The position numbers were made by a program, and so were the translations under genes. The notes below the pieces were generated by a model. It made no database searches. It saw nothing but the letters and a program-made list of their open reading frames with translations, and had not been told where the DNA came from. 53,968 nt of DNA from Clostridia bacterium (GTDB lineage: Bacteria; Bacillota; Clostridia; Oscillospirales; Acutalibacteraceae): assembly GCA_017439765.1 (NCBI GenBank), contig JAFSIN010000056.1, positions 1 through 53,968 on the forward strand, in the 5' to 3' direction. This document shows positions 16,893 to 27,061 of this stretch, in pieces (the stretch's first letter is position 1; each line of letters begins with the position of its first letter).

Positions 16893-17491
16893 TTTCTTCT
16901 TTAAACGGCAAGCTAATTTACAGCTGCCCCGACTATATTGTTATAGAATGTGGTGGGGTTGGTTTTAAATGCTTTATTACTAAAAGCGCTGCCTATAAAT
17001 TACCGCCCGTTGGCCAAGAAATTTTTGTTCACACATATTTGGTTGTAAAAGAAGATGCTATGGATTTATATGGTTTTTCCACTCGAGAAGAACTTGAAAC
17101 CTTTAAACTAATAACATCGGTTAACGGTGTAGGCGCAAAAATCGGAATGGCTTTGCTTGCTCAATTCACCCCCGAAAGTTTGCTTCTTTATATTGCCGGC
17201 GAGGATGCAAAAATGTTAACCGCCGCCAGTGGTGTTGGCCTTAAATTAGCCCAAAGAATTGTGCTTGAATTAAAAGATAAAACCGGCAACATAAGCACAG
17301 CTAATTCATTGGATATTTCAGCTGTTAGCACAGCCCTAGACAAACAAAACACCAAAGAGGCCGTTGCAGCACTTGTTTCACTTGGCTTTTCACAAAGTGA
17401 GGCATCACAAGCTGTTAGTAAACTTGATAAAAATTTGTCGGCCGAAGAGCTTATTAAAAACGCTTTAAAACAACTTTCAAGGCAGGTGTAA
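16889..17491 (+). CDS. ruvA: Holliday junction branch migration protein RuvA
   Basis: 200 aa. OB fold, HhH motifs (VNGVGAKIG, ASGVGLKLAQRI), domain III. Confidence 0.95.
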   Translation: MISSLNGKLIYSCPDYIVIECGGVGFKCFITKSAAYKLPPVGQEIFVHTYLVVKEDAMDLYGFSTREELETFKLITSVNGVGAKIGMALLAQFTPESLLLYIAGEDAKMLTAASGVGLKLAQRIVLELKDKTGNISTANSLDISAVSTALDKQNTKEAVAALVSLGFSQSEASQAVSKLDKNLSAEELIKNALKQLSRQV

Positions 17492-17494
17492 TTA

Positions 17495-18532
17495 ATGGAA
17501 GAATTTGATTTTGAAAATAGAATTATTGCCCCCGAATTTGTTGCAGATGATAACGATATTGAAATTTCTTTAAGGCCTAAAACACTTAATGATTACATTG
17601 GCCAAGATAAAGCTAAAGATAATCTTACAATTTACATTAAAGCCGCATTACAAAGAAAAGAATCGCTCGACCATGTGTTGTTATATGGCCCGCCAGGGCT
17701 CGGTAAAACAACACTTTCGGGCATTATTGCTCACGAAATGGGCGTTAATTTAAGGGTTACTTCGGGCCCTGCAATAGAAAAACAGGGCGATTTAGTTGCC
17801 ATTTTAACCAACCTTTCCGAAGGCGATGTTTTGTTTATTGATGAAATTCATAGGCTTTCACGCAGTGTAGAAGAAATTTTATATCCTGCAATGGAAGATT
17901 TTTCGGTAGATATTATTATTGGTAAAGGCCCTGCAGCACGTTCTATAAGGCTTGATTTACCTCATTTTACTTTAGTTGGCGCCACCACTCGTTCAGGCCA
18001 GTTAACCGCACCGCTAAGGGATAGGTTTGGTGTTCTTTTACGACTGGAACTTTACAGTCCTAAAGAACTTGCCTTAATTATTAAGCGTTCCGCAGGAATA
18101 TTAGGCATTCAAATTGATGAAAACGGAGCTTTAGAAATAGCATCACGCTCACGCGGTACGCCAAGAATTGCTAATAGGTTGTTAAAAAGGGTGCGCGATA
18201 TTGCTCAAATTGAATTTGACGGCTTTATTACCGAACAGGTTGCCCGAGCAGCCCTTTCACGCTTTGAAATTGATGAACTTGGCCTCGATGAATTTGACCG
18301 CCGTTTACTTCACACCATTATTACCAATTATGCAGGCGGCCCAATTGGTCTTGACACTTTAGCAGCAGCCCTTGGCGAAGAAAGTGTTACTATTGAAGAT
18401 GTTTATGAACCTTATTTAATGCAAATTGGTTTTTTAACACGAACACCTCGCGGCCGTTGTGTTACACAACTTGCATACGAGCATTTAGGAATTAAAAATC
18501 CTAACCAAAAAATGCAACAAACTTTAATTTAA
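17495..18532 (+). CDS. ruvB: Holliday junction DNA helicase RuvB
   Basis: 345 aa. Walker [18 protein letters not shown], sensor motifs, [11 protein letters not shown]. Confidence 0.96.
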   Translation: MEEFDFENRIIAPEFVADDNDIEISLRPKTLNDYIGQDKAKDNLTIYIKAALQRKESLDHVLLYGPPGLGKTTLSGIIAHEMGVNLRVTSGPAIEKQGDLVAILTNLSEGDVLFIDEIHRLSRSVEEILYPAMEDFSVDIIIGKGPAARSIRLDLPHFTLVGATTRSGQLTAPLRDRFGVLLRLELYSPKELALIIKRSAGILGIQIDENGALEIASRSRGTPRIANRLLKRVRDIAQIEFDGFITEQVARAALSRFEIDELGLDEFDRRLLHTIITNYAGGPIGLDTLAAALGEESVTIEDVYEPYLMQIGFLTRTPRGRCVTQLAYEHLGIKNPNQKMQQTLI

Positions 18533-18546
18533 ATCAGGAAGTTATT

Positions 18547-19416
18547 ATGCGCTTTGTAGAAGATTTTAAAGATTACGAATTAATAGATGCCACTGCCGGT
18601 GAAAGACTTGAACGCTGGGGGGATATTATTTTAATACGTCCCGACCCAACTGTTATGTGGGATACTAAAAAAACCGATTCCCGTTGGTTTAACCCACACG
18701 CAATATATCATCGTTCAAATTCAGGCGGTGGCTATTGGGAAACCTTAAAAAAAGTTCCCGATGTTTGGAATATTAGTTATAATAATTTAACATTTCGCTT
18801 AAAACCAATGGGATTTAAGCACACCGGTCTTTTCCCGGAGCAAGCAGTTAACTGGAAATATGCTGCCGAACTTATTAAAAACGCCAACAGGCCAATAAAG
18901 GTATTAAATTTATTTGCCTACACAGGTGGTGCCACCGTAGCCTGCTTAAAGGCAGGGGCATCGGTTACCCATGTTGATGCCTCTAAAGGTATGGTGGGCT
19001 GGGCTAAAGAAAATGCAGCAGCATCGGACGTAAGCCAACAAAACGTTAGGTGGCTTGTAGATGATTGTTTAAAATTTGTTAAACGCGAAATAAGGCGTGG
19101 TAATAAATATGATGCTATTATTATGGACCCGCCGTCATATGGTCGTGGCCCTAACGGAGAGGTTTGGAAACTTGAGCAACAAATTTCTGAACTTTTAAAT
19201 CTTACAGGTCAAGTTTTAAGCGATAACCCGCTTTTTTTCTTTTTAAATTCATACACCACAGGTCTTTCACCCACAATATTAAACTATATTACCCAAATAT
19301 ATATTGCAAAAGGCAAAAAGGGCAAAATATTTACCGATGAAATTGGCCTTAAAATTACAAATAAACCCTTGGTTTTACCTTGTGGCAGCACAACAATTTG
19401 GGTTGAGGATAAATAA
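18547..19416 (+). CDS. Class I SAM-dependent methyltransferase (RlmI/YwbD-like catalytic domain, no PUA domain)
   Basis: 289 aa. VLNLFAYTGG SAM-binding motif and IIMDPPSYGRG catalytic motif. Confidence 0.75.
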   Translation: MRFVEDFKDYELIDATAGERLERWGDIILIRPDPTVMWDTKKTDSRWFNPHAIYHRSNSGGGYWETLKKVPDVWNISYNNLTFRLKPMGFKHTGLFPEQAVNWKYAAELIKNANRPIKVLNLFAYTGGATVACLKAGASVTHVDASKGMVGWAKENAAASDVSQQNVRWLVDDCLKFVKREIRRGNKYDAIIMDPPSYGRGPNGEVWKLEQQISELLNLTGQVLSDNPLFFFLNSYTTGLSPTILNYITQIYIAKGKKGKIFTDEIGLKITNKPLVLPCGSTTIWVEDK

Positions 19417-20258
19417 TGAATAATATAATTGAATTTAATAACGTTACCTATAATTATTCTTCGGAAGATGCCGATTATATAGTTTTAAAAGATTTTAATT
19501 TAAACATCAAAAAGGGCAGTTTTACGGTTATTTTAGGTCATAATGGGTCGGGTAAATCCACCTTGGCTAAATTAATGAACGGCCTTTATAAACCACAAAG
19601 CGGAAGTGTTTTAGTTAACGGCATTAATACTTTAGACGAAGAACTTGATTTAAAGGTTAAAAGCACTGTTGGAATGGTTTTTCAAAACCCCGACAACCAA
19701 ATTGTTGCCTCGGTGGTTGAAGAAGATGTTGCCTTTGGCCCTGAAAACCTTGGTTTACCACAAGAAGAAATTCGCCAAAGGGTAGATTCTGCCTTAAAAA
19801 CTGTAAATATGTATGAACACAAAAACGATATGCCTCATAAACTTTCCGGTGGGCAAAAACAACGCATAGCAATTGCCGGTGTTATTGCAATGCTACCCGA
19901 GTGTATTGTGCTTGATGAACCTACCGCAATGTTAGACCCAAAAGGCAGGCAAGATGTAATTGATACTATTTACAAACTAAATAAAGAACATGGTATTACC
20001 ATTGTTTTAATTACACACTTTATGGAACAAGCCAAATATGCCGACAGAGTTTTGGTGTTAAATAACGGTGAAATTACTGCTGATGGAACACCAATCGAAG
20101 TTTTTTCTAAACCCGAGTTTTTAAAAAATTCAGGTTTAGATATTCCACAAACTACCGAACTAATTTTTGAACTTGCTAAAAAAGGTTTAAATTTTAAAAA
20201 CGGCATAATTTCGGTAGATGATACCGCTAATGCAATTGCGGCTGCTTTAAGAAAATAG
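19416..20258 (+). CDS. ecfA1: Energy-coupling factor transporter ATPase EcfA1
   Basis: Walker A GHNGSGKST, LSGGQKQR, VLDEPT. ecfA-ecfA'-ecfT-truA order as in Bacillus. Confidence 0.92.
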   Translation: MNNIIEFNNVTYNYSSEDADYIVLKDFNLNIKKGSFTVILGHNGSGKSTLAKLMNGLYKPQSGSVLVNGINTLDEELDLKVKSTVGMVFQNPDNQIVASVVEEDVAFGPENLGLPQEEIRQRVDSALKTVNMYEHKNDMPHKLSGGQKQRIAIAGVIAMLPECIVLDEPTAMLDPKGRQDVIDTIYKLNKEHGITIVLITHFMEQAKYADRVLVLNNGEITADGTPIEVFSKPEFLKNSGLDIPQTTELIFELAKKGLNFKNGIISVDDTANAIAAALRK

Positions 20259-20269
20259 GAGGAAATAAA

Positions 20270-21133
20270 TTGTCTTTTTTAGAGGTTAAAAATTTAACAT
20301 ACACCTACAGTAAAAATACTCCATTTTTTAACGATGCTGTAGAAGATGTTAGTTTTTCGGTTGAAAAAGGTGAAATTTTAGCCATAGTTGGCCACACAGG
20401 CTCCGGAAAATCAACTTTAGTTCAACATTTAAACGGCCTTATTAAACCAACCAAAGGCGAAATTTTATTTTGTGGCCAAAATATTTGGAATAATGAAAAA
20501 AATATTTCCTCAATTCGTTCTAAAATTGGGTTGGTTTTTCAATATCCGGAATATCAGCTTTTTGAAGAAACTGTTTTTAAAGATATTGCCTTTGGCCCTA
20601 AAAATTTAGGTTTTTCTGAGCAAGAAATTAACGAATCTGTGCTAAATTCGGCTAAATTGGTTGGAATTTCACAAGAATATTTTAACAAATCACCCTTTGA
20701 TTTATCGGGTGGAGAAAAGCGCAGGGTTGCAATTGCTGGTGTTTTGGCAATGAAACCACAGGTAATTATTTTTGATGAACCTACCGCTGGGTTAGACCCA
20801 ATAGGCCGTAACAATATTTTAAACATTATTAAAAATTATAAAAAAGAACATAACGCAACAGTTATTATGGTAACACACTCTATGGAAGATGTTGCACTGC
20901 TTGCTGACAAGGTTTTGGTTATGAATAATGGCAAAAAAGCTATGTTTGGCACACCTAAAGAAATTTTTTCTGACCGGAATAAGTTATTATCGGTTGGGTT
21001 AGACGTTCCGTTAATAACCAATGTTTTGCTAAAACTTAACGAATTAGGTTTTAATTTTGAAAGCAACATTATTACCGTTGACGAGGCGGTTAATGCAATT
21101 ATTAACTGCAAAGGCGGTGCCGATAATGCTTAA
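20270..21133 (+). CDS. ecfA2: Energy-coupling factor transporter ATPase EcfA2
   Basis: TTG start after GGAGGA. Walker A GHTGSGKST, LSGGEKRR, IFDEPT. Confidence 0.92.
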   Translation: MSFLEVKNLTYTYSKNTPFFNDAVEDVSFSVEKGEILAIVGHTGSGKSTLVQHLNGLIKPTKGEILFCGQNIWNNEKNISSIRSKIGLVFQYPEYQLFEETVFKDIAFGPKNLGFSEQEINESVLNSAKLVGISQEYFNKSPFDLSGGEKRRVAIAGVLAMKPQVIIFDEPTAGLDPIGRNNILNIIKNYKKEHNATVIMVTHSMEDVALLADKVLVMNNGKKAMFGTPKEIFSDRNKLLSVGLDVPLITNVLLKLNELGFNFESNIITVDEAVNAIINCKGGADNA

Positions 21134-21935
21134 CGATTTTACTTTAGGCCAGTATTTTCCAACCAATTCACTAATTCACCGCTTAGACCCACGAATTAAG
21201 TTGTTGTTAACGCTTGGTTTTTTAATTTTAATATTTTGCGCAACTAATATTTACGCTTTAACGCTTATTATATTTTTTGTGGTTTGCTTGATTTTTTTAA
21301 CCAAAATACCACTTAAAATGTACGTTAAAAATTTAAAATTTATTTTACCAATTTTAATTTTTACAACAGTTATTAATTTGTTTTATACAAACAACGGTAA
21401 CATTATTTTAGAATTTTGGAAAATTAAAATTACCGATTACGCTGTTGTTCGTTCAATATTTTTGTCTTTACGCATTGTTTTATTAATTATTATCAGTTCT
21501 GCGCTTACCTATACAACATCGCCAAATAGTATCACAACAGGGCTTGAAAGCCTTTTTTCACCATTCAAATATATAGGTCTTGGCAGAGCAGTTCATACAA
21601 TGACTATGATGATGACCATTGCCTTAAGATTTATTCCAACATTAGTTGAAGAAACACAAAAAATTATGAATGCTCAAAAGGCAAGGGGAGTAAATTTTGA
21701 AAACGGAAGTTTAATTCAAAGAATTAAAGCAATTATTCCAATATTAATTCCACTGCTTATTTCTTCGGTTAAAAGTGCATATGATTTAGCCGAGGCTATG
21801 GAAAGCCGTTGTTATAATGGCGGCGAAAATAAAACCAACCTTAAAGTTTTAAAAATTCAAAAATCAGATTATTTAGCCGTTTTATTTTTTATAATTTGCT
21901 GTTTAATTGTATTTTTGTTTAACATTGTTTTTTAA
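21126..21935 (+). CDS. ecfT: Energy-coupling factor transporter transmembrane protein EcfT
   Basis: About 269 aa, CbiQ-family membrane protein (..RLDPRIKLL.., ..ALRFIP..AQKARG..). ATG 21126 overlaps the ecfA2 stop. The track start at 21057 lies inside ecfA2. Confidence 0.9.
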   Translation: MLNDFTLGQYFPTNSLIHRLDPRIKLLLTLGFLILIFCATNIYALTLIIFFVVCLIFLTKIPLKMYVKNLKFILPILIFTTVINLFYTNNGNIILEFWKIKITDYAVVRSIFLSLRIVLLIIISSALTYTTSPNSITTGLESLFSPFKYIGLGRAVHTMTMMMTIALRFIPTLVEETQKIMNAQKARGVNFENGSLIQRIKAIIPILIPLLISSVKSAYDLAEAMESRCYNGGENKTNLKVLKIQKSDYLAVLFFIICCLIVFLFNIVF

Positions 21936-21946
21936 CGGAGTAAATT

Positions 21947-22681
21947 ATGAGCCGATTTTTACTTAAAATTTCTTTTGACGGTACAGCTTATCATGGCTGG
22001 CAGGTTCAAAATAATGCTGTAACTATTCAAGAAATAATGTGTAATGCTTTAAGCGGCATTTTAAAAACTAAAACTGCCGTTACCGGTTGCAGTCGAACCG
22101 ATGCCGGTGTGCACGCCAAAGAATTTTATTGCCATTTTGACAGCACTTCAAATATGTCAGAAATAGCATATATAAAAGCTTTAAATTCGGTTTTACCTAA
22201 CGATATTTCGGTGTTGGATTGTAAATTAGTGCCCGATGATTTTCATGCGCGGTATAACGCTAAGGGTAAAAATTATATTTACAATTTTTACGATGCCGAA
22301 ACACCCGACCCATTTTTAAGCAGATATTCTTATACTGTTCATAATAAAATTAATGTAGATTTAATGAATGATTTTTGCAAAGAAATTATAGGAACATATG
22401 ATTTTGCCGGATTTTCTTCGAGCAAACGCACAGTGGAAGATACCGTTAGAACGGTTTACGATTGTTCTGCAAGCAGAGAAGGTAATATTGTAACGCTTAG
22501 CATTACTGCAAACGGTTTTTTATATAATATGGTAAGAATTATTTCCGGCACAGCCTTAAGTGTTTCTAACGGTAAAATTAACCCCAAAAACACAAAAGAA
22601 ATTTTACTGTCTTTAGACCGAGATTTAGCCGGCCCAACACTTGCCGCAAAAGGTTTGTTTTTAAATAAAGTTATTTATTAG
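21947..22681 (+). CDS. truA: tRNA pseudouridine(38-40) synthase TruA
   Basis: 244 aa. GSGRTDAGVHA-type catalytic motif (GCSRTDAGVHA), GFLYNMVR. Confidence 0.94.
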   Translation: MSRFLLKISFDGTAYHGWQVQNNAVTIQEIMCNALSGILKTKTAVTGCSRTDAGVHAKEFYCHFDSTSNMSEIAYIKALNSVLPNDISVLDCKLVPDDFHARYNAKGKNYIYNFYDAETPDPFLSRYSYTVHNKINVDLMNDFCKEIIGTYDFAGFSSSKRTVEDTVRTVYDCSASREGNIVTLSITANGFLYNMVRIISGTALSVSNGKINPKNTKEILLSLDRDLAGPTLAAKGLFLNKVIY

Positions 22682-22694
22682 TGTGGTGAATTAA

Positions 22695-23954
22695 TTGGCA
22701 GATTATAAAAGAAAAAAGGTTAAAAAAAGAAAAACAACCCCTAAAAACGTTATTAACAAAGATGTTCAAATGGCACCCAGCAAACAAAGCACCCCAAAAA
22801 AGCCAAAGGAAACACCAAATAAAATTAGGGTTATTCGAGGCAATCGTAAAAAAATAATTAAAAAACGCTGGTATTTAACTTTAACGACTATTAGTTTAGC
22901 CATTGTTATAGTATTGCTTTCATTTTTAACCCCTACAGGCTTATTTGAAACTGTAATAAATATTACATCATCTGTTAAAATTGGCAACGGTTACGAAGTT
23001 AATTTATCGGGCGGCACTATAAGCAAAGTTATTCCAAAAAATAATCACTATTTTGTGCTTTCTTCCACCGATTATAAATGTTTTAATAACAACGGCGAAG
23101 ATATTTTTTCTTACCAACATGGTTTTGAAAATCCAATTGTTGTAAACGGTAATGCCCGCTCGCTTTTATTTGACCTTTCCGGCACCCAATTTAACATTTA
23201 TAACCTTAATAAAAAAGTTTATTCAGGCTCAACCCAAAAAGAAATTTTAACAGCTGATATTGCTCGAAACGGTAATTTTGCCGTTGCAACTTTATCCGAC
23301 AGCTACACGTCACAGGTAACGGTTTATAATAAAAAAGGTACACCTATTTATGAATGGTTTTGTTCGGAACTTATTATAAATAATATTGCATTATCTCCCA
23401 ATGGTAAAAAACTTGCTGTTTCAGCCATTAGTGCTTCAGGCGGCAAATTCATTTCTAAATTATATATTCTTGAGTTTGATTCTGCCACCCCTATAGCCGT
23501 TTTTGATTATTCTGAATTGTTGCTTAATATTGAAAAGGTTGGAAATTCGGGTTTCGCTTGTATTTTTGAAAAATCTTGTGAGTTTTACAATTGGCAAAGA
23601 TTAAAAAAGTCTAACTATTCATCGGAAGAAGAGATTTTGTTTTCTCAATCCTATAATTCAAGCCTTATGTTAATTACAGGGCGCGCGGGTGATAAACGCC
23701 TAAATTATGTTAAAATTTTTAACACAAAAGGAAAAATTACTAAAGAGTTTGTTTTTGATGGTGTTTTAGATTCTGTTACTTTTAAAGGGAATTATATAAG
23801 TTTTTTAAGTGAAAATTATTTATTTTTATATAATTTAAATGGCCAATTAATTTCAAAAAAACCATGTGAATTCGGTGTTTCTTTTGCAGTACCAATTAGT
23901 AGGCGACAAGCTGCATTAATTTCAGACAACAATATTAATAAATTAACTTTTTAA
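22695..23954 (+). CDS. Hypothetical membrane-anchored protein (polybasic cytoplasmic N-terminus, one TM, large beta-rich ectodomain)
   Basis: 419 aa, TTG start. The first 60 aa are K/R/P-rich, the TM is at about 62-82, and the remainder has repeated short beta-strand-like segments. I cannot name a family with confidence. Confidence 0.6.
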   Translation: MADYKRKKVKKRKTTPKNVINKDVQMAPSKQSTPKKPKETPNKIRVIRGNRKKIIKKRWYLTLTTISLAIVIVLLSFLTPTGLFETVINITSSVKIGNGYEVNLSGGTISKVIPKNNHYFVLSSTDYKCFNNNGEDIFSYQHGFENPIVVNGNARSLLFDLSGTQFNIYNLNKKVYSGSTQKEILTADIARNGNFAVATLSDSYTSQVTVYNKKGTPIYEWFCSELIINNIALSPNGKKLAVSAISASGGKFISKLYILEFDSATPIAVFDYSELLLNIEKVGNSGFACIFEKSCEFYNWQRLKKSNYSSEEEILFSQSYNSSLMLITGRAGDKRLNYVKIFNTKGKITKEFVFDGVLDSVTFKGNYISFLSENYLFLYNLNGQLISKKPCEFGVSFAVPISRRQAALISDNNINKLTF

Positions 23955-23965
23955 TGGAGGACATT

Positions 23966-24631
23966 ATGGGTATTATTTTAGATTTAATAGTAATTGCAAT
24001 TATATTAATTTTTATTTTTTTGGGTAGTAAAAAAGGTTTTGTAAAATCTGTAATAGAGGTTGCAGGTTTTATTGCTGCAATTTATTTGGCAATGACATTA
24101 AGTGCTCCGTTAGCTAATTTTACATACGACACCTTTGTAGAGCCTGCAGTAACAAATTCTATTAATAAAACCGTTGAAAATGTTGCAGAAAACACAACAC
24201 AAACCCTTAATGAGCAAGTTTTTGAAACTTTACCGGGTTTTGTTAAAAACCAAATTGATATTTCTAACATTAATTTAATAGGTTACAATAACGTCGGCAG
24301 TGAAATTTGCAATAATATTGTAAAACCCATTTCATTACCGTTTATCAAGGGTATTTTCACCTTAATTTTATTTGTTATTTTGTCATTCATTACTAAAACG
24401 TTAGCAAAAATTATTAATAAGTTATTTTCTTTTAGGTTAATTGGTAAACTTAATTCGGTATTAGGTGGCATTATTGGTGTTTTTAAAGGTATAATTTTCG
24501 CAGTAATTTTCATTATATTGGTTAATATAATTGTATCATTAACCGGCGGTTTCTTATGCTTTACAACACCCGCCATTGATTCTTCTAAAATATTTGGTAC
24601 CGTTTTGTCGTTAATACCTTTTAATTTTTAG
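23966..24631 (+). CDS. cvpA: CvpA-family membrane protein
   Basis: N-terminus MGIILDLIVIAIILIFIFLGSKKGFVKSVIEVAGFIAAIYLA is typical of CvpA. GGAGGA SD lies 4 nt before ATG 23966. Confidence 0.8.
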   Translation: MGIILDLIVIAIILIFIFLGSKKGFVKSVIEVAGFIAAIYLAMTLSAPLANFTYDTFVEPAVTNSINKTVENVAENTTQTLNEQVFETLPGFVKNQIDISNINLIGYNNVGSEICNNIVKPISLPFIKGIFTLILFVILSFITKTLAKIINKLFSFRLIGKLNSVLGGIIGVFKGIIFAVIFIILVNIIVSLTGGFLCFTTPAIDSSKIFGTVLSLIPFNF

Positions 24632-24655
24632 TTTCCAAAGGAGTTTGTTTTTTAA

Positions 24656-26929
24656 ATGAAATTATGTTCTAAATGCAAAAAAAGGCCAGCCGTTGTTTTT
24701 ATTTCCGACCCTTCAAATGCTTCGGGCACTCCACAAGGATTATGTTTGGTGTGCGCTAAAGAATCGGGTATAAAACCAATTGATGATATGCTCAAAAAAA
24801 TGAATATTTCGGATGAAGATATTGAGCAAATGAGCGAACAGTTTATGGATATTATGGCGTTGTCAGAAAATGAAGATGATCTTGAAGACGCATTTTCGCT
24901 TGGCACAGCACCGGCATTTCCATTTTTAAATAATATTTTTGGTAATTCCGAAAAAAGTGATGATTCTAAAAAAACAGCAGATAAAAATGACGAAAAAGAA
25001 AAGCCAAAGAATAAACGCAAACGCTTTTTAGAACAATTTTGCACTAATTTAACCGAAAAAGCTCGTTCCGGCAGTTTAGATGCCATTATTGGTCGCGATG
25101 ATGAATTATATAGGGCAATACAAATACTTTCACGCCGTTCTAAAAATAACCCGTGCTTAATTGGTGAGCCCGGTGTTGGTAAAACCGCCATTGCCGAAGG
25201 TTTGGCCCTTAAAATTGCGGCTGGTAATGCTCCTGCAAGGCTTTTAGATAAAGAAATCTATTTGCTCGATTTAACCGGTCTTGTTGCAGGAACTCAGTTC
25301 AGAGGTCAGTTTGAAAGCCGAATTAAAGGCCTTATTGACGAAATTAAAAAAGCCGGCAATATAATTTTGTTTATTGATGAATTTCATAACCTTGTAGGTG
25401 CCGGAGATTCTTCCGAAGGCTCAATGAATGCTGCCAATATTTTAAAACCTGCCTTATCACGCGGCGAAATTCAGGTAATCGGCGCCACAACATTTAAAGA
25501 GTACCGCAAATATATTGAAAAAGATGCAGCATTAGAGCGCCGTTTTCAACCAATAAACATTGAAGAACCATCTATTGAAGATTCTATTAAAATTTTAATG
25601 GGTGTTAAAGGTTATTATGAAGGCTTTCACAACGTTAGCGTGCCCGACGCATTAATTTCAAAAATTGTTATGCTTTCTGAAAGGTATGTTAACGATAGGT
25701 TTTTACCGGATAAAGCAATTGATTTATTAGATGAAGCTTGTGCATGTTCCAGCCTTGCTAATAAATATATTGATGAACTTTATTGTGTTAATAAAAAAAT
25801 AGCCGAAAGCCACATTATAATTGAGAATTTAGAAAACAATTTAGACAACCCGGATTATGAAAAATTGGCCAACGAAAAATCTAATCTGGAAAAATATAAG
25901 GCAGAAGCCGATGCGCTTTATAAACCGGCTTCAAATAATGTTGTAACCGAGATGGATGTTGCTAAGGTTATTGAGTTATGGACCGGCATTCCAGCTGCTA
26001 AAATTGAGGAAAGCGACCTTAAAAAACTTTCAAATTTAGAAGAAAAAATTAAAGAAAGAATAATAGGGCAGGATAATGCCGCAAAATTAGTTTCAAACGC
26101 TGTAAAACGCTCGAGAATACAAACCTCTGCACACCGCAGACCTGCATCTTTCTTGTTTGTAGGCCCCACAGGCGTTGGTAAAACCGAACTTGTAAGGGTG
26201 CTTTCTGAACAGTTATTTTCCACACCCGAAACTTTAATTAGAATTGATATGTCGGAATATATGGAAAAACATTCTGTTTCACGCTTAATTGGTGCCCCTC
26301 CAGGATATGTTGGATATGATGAAGCAGGTCAACTTACCGAAAAGGTACGAAGAAAACCATATTCGGTAATTTTGTTAGATGAAATTGAAAAAGCCCATCC
26401 TGATATTTTAAATATTTTGTTGCAAATTTTTGATGATGGCCGTGTTACCGACGCGCAAGGCAGAACAGTTAATTTTGAAAACACAATAATTGTTATGACC
26501 TCAAATGCCGGCAGTAATAGCAAAATTAACAGTGTTGGTTTTGAAAAAACCACCCAACAAATATCTAAAGAAAAGGCATTGAATGCTTTGCGTGAATTTT
26601 TACGTCCCGAATTTTTAGCCAGAATTGGTGAGGTTGTTGTATTTTCGCCGTTAGAATATGAAAGCCTTGTAAAAATTTCTGAAATTATGCTAAATGAATT
26701 TAAAGCTGTTATGAAAGAAAAAAATATTGATATTTTATTTAATGAAAGCGTTTGCAATTACATTGCTAATATTTCTAAAGATTCTAAATCGGGTGCCAGA
26801 GAACTACGCAATAATATAAGAAAATATATTGAAGATAGGGTAGTGGATATAATTATTTCTAACCATGAAAAAACAATTTCACAGGTTAGTTTTGATTACA
26901 AAACAGAATTAATTGTTAATTATAAATAA
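24656..26929 (+). CDS. Clp/Hsp100 AAA+ ATPase, ClpE-like (N-terminal 4-Cys zinc ribbon, two AAA modules)
   Basis: 757 aa. CSKC...CLVC at the N-terminus, then a K/D/E-rich linker. NBD1 GEPGVGKTA and NBD2 GPTGVGKTE. Short coiled-coil M region. A VGF tripeptide sits where the ClpP-docking loop lies. Confidence 0.85.
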   Translation: MKLCSKCKKRPAVVFISDPSNASGTPQGLCLVCAKESGIKPIDDMLKKMNISDEDIEQMSEQFMDIMALSENEDDLEDAFSLGTAPAFPFLNNIFGNSEKSDDSKKTADKNDEKEKPKNKRKRFLEQFCTNLTEKARSGSLDAIIGRDDELYRAIQILSRRSKNNPCLIGEPGVGKTAIAEGLALKIAAGNAPARLLDKEIYLLDLTGLVAGTQFRGQFESRIKGLIDEIKKAGNIILFIDEFHNLVGAGDSSEGSMNAANILKPALSRGEIQVIGATTFKEYRKYIEKDAALERRFQPINIEEPSIEDSIKILMGVKGYYEGFHNVSVPDALISKIVMLSERYVNDRFLPDKAIDLLDEACACSSLANKYIDELYCVNKKIAESHIIIENLENNLDNPDYEKLANEKSNLEKYKAEADALYKPASNNVVTEMDVAKVIELWTGIPAAKIEESDLKKLSNLEEKIKERIIGQDNAAKLVSNAVKRSRIQTSAHRRPASFLFVGPTGVGKTELVRVLSEQLFSTPETLIRIDMSEYMEKHSVSRLIGAPPGYVGYDEAGQLTEKVRRKPYSVILLDEIEKAHPDILNILLQIFDDGRVTDAQGRTVNFENTIIVMTSNAGSNSKINSVGFEKTTQQISKEKALNALREFLRPEFLARIGEVVVFSPLEYESLVKISEIMLNEFKAVMKEKNIDILFNESVCNYIANISKDSKSGARELRNNIRKYIEDRVVDIIISNHEKTISQVSFDYKTELIVNYK

Positions 26930-26941
26930 TTAAAATTTTAC

Positions 26942-26970
26942 TTGACTAACGGCAGGGTTTATGGTATTAT
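26942..26970 (+). promoter_or_regulatory. Sigma-A type promoter of tRNA-Gly
   Basis: TTGACT (26942-26947), 17-nt spacer ending in TGg, TATTAT (26965-26970). Confidence 0.6.
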
Positions 26971-26986
26971 AAGTCTTGCCGATTTT

Positions 26987-27061
26987 GCGGGTGTAGTTCA
27001 ATGGCTAGAATCCCAGCCTTCCAAGCTGGTCGTGTGGGTTCGATTCCCATCACCCGCTCCA
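26987..27061 (+). tRNA. tRNA-Gly (anticodon UCC), CCA encoded
   Basis: GCGGGTGTAGTTCAATGGCTAGAATCCCAGCCTTCCAAGCTGGTCGTGTGGGTTCGATTCCCATCACCCGCTCCA. Anticodon loop is CTTCCAA. Confidence 0.94.

Noticed and set aside
24652-25191. 179-aa antisense ORF opposite the 5' part of the Clp ATPase gene. Similar long antisense ORFs occur at 13462-14010, 2227-2739, 33751-34203, 51560-52030, 1054-1368 and 6116-6490.
   Set aside because: Each lies entirely inside a well-supported gene on the other strand. They have no SD and give low-complexity or implausible protein sequences. Their length is explained by the purine/pyrimidine-skewed codon usage of the real gene.
26987-27061. tRNA-Gly considered as an integration hotspot marking an island boundary.
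   Set aside because: The downstream genes (sigH, a zinc-ribbon protein, a two-component system, spoIIGA-sigE) are core genes. There is no integrase and no partial tRNA repeat.
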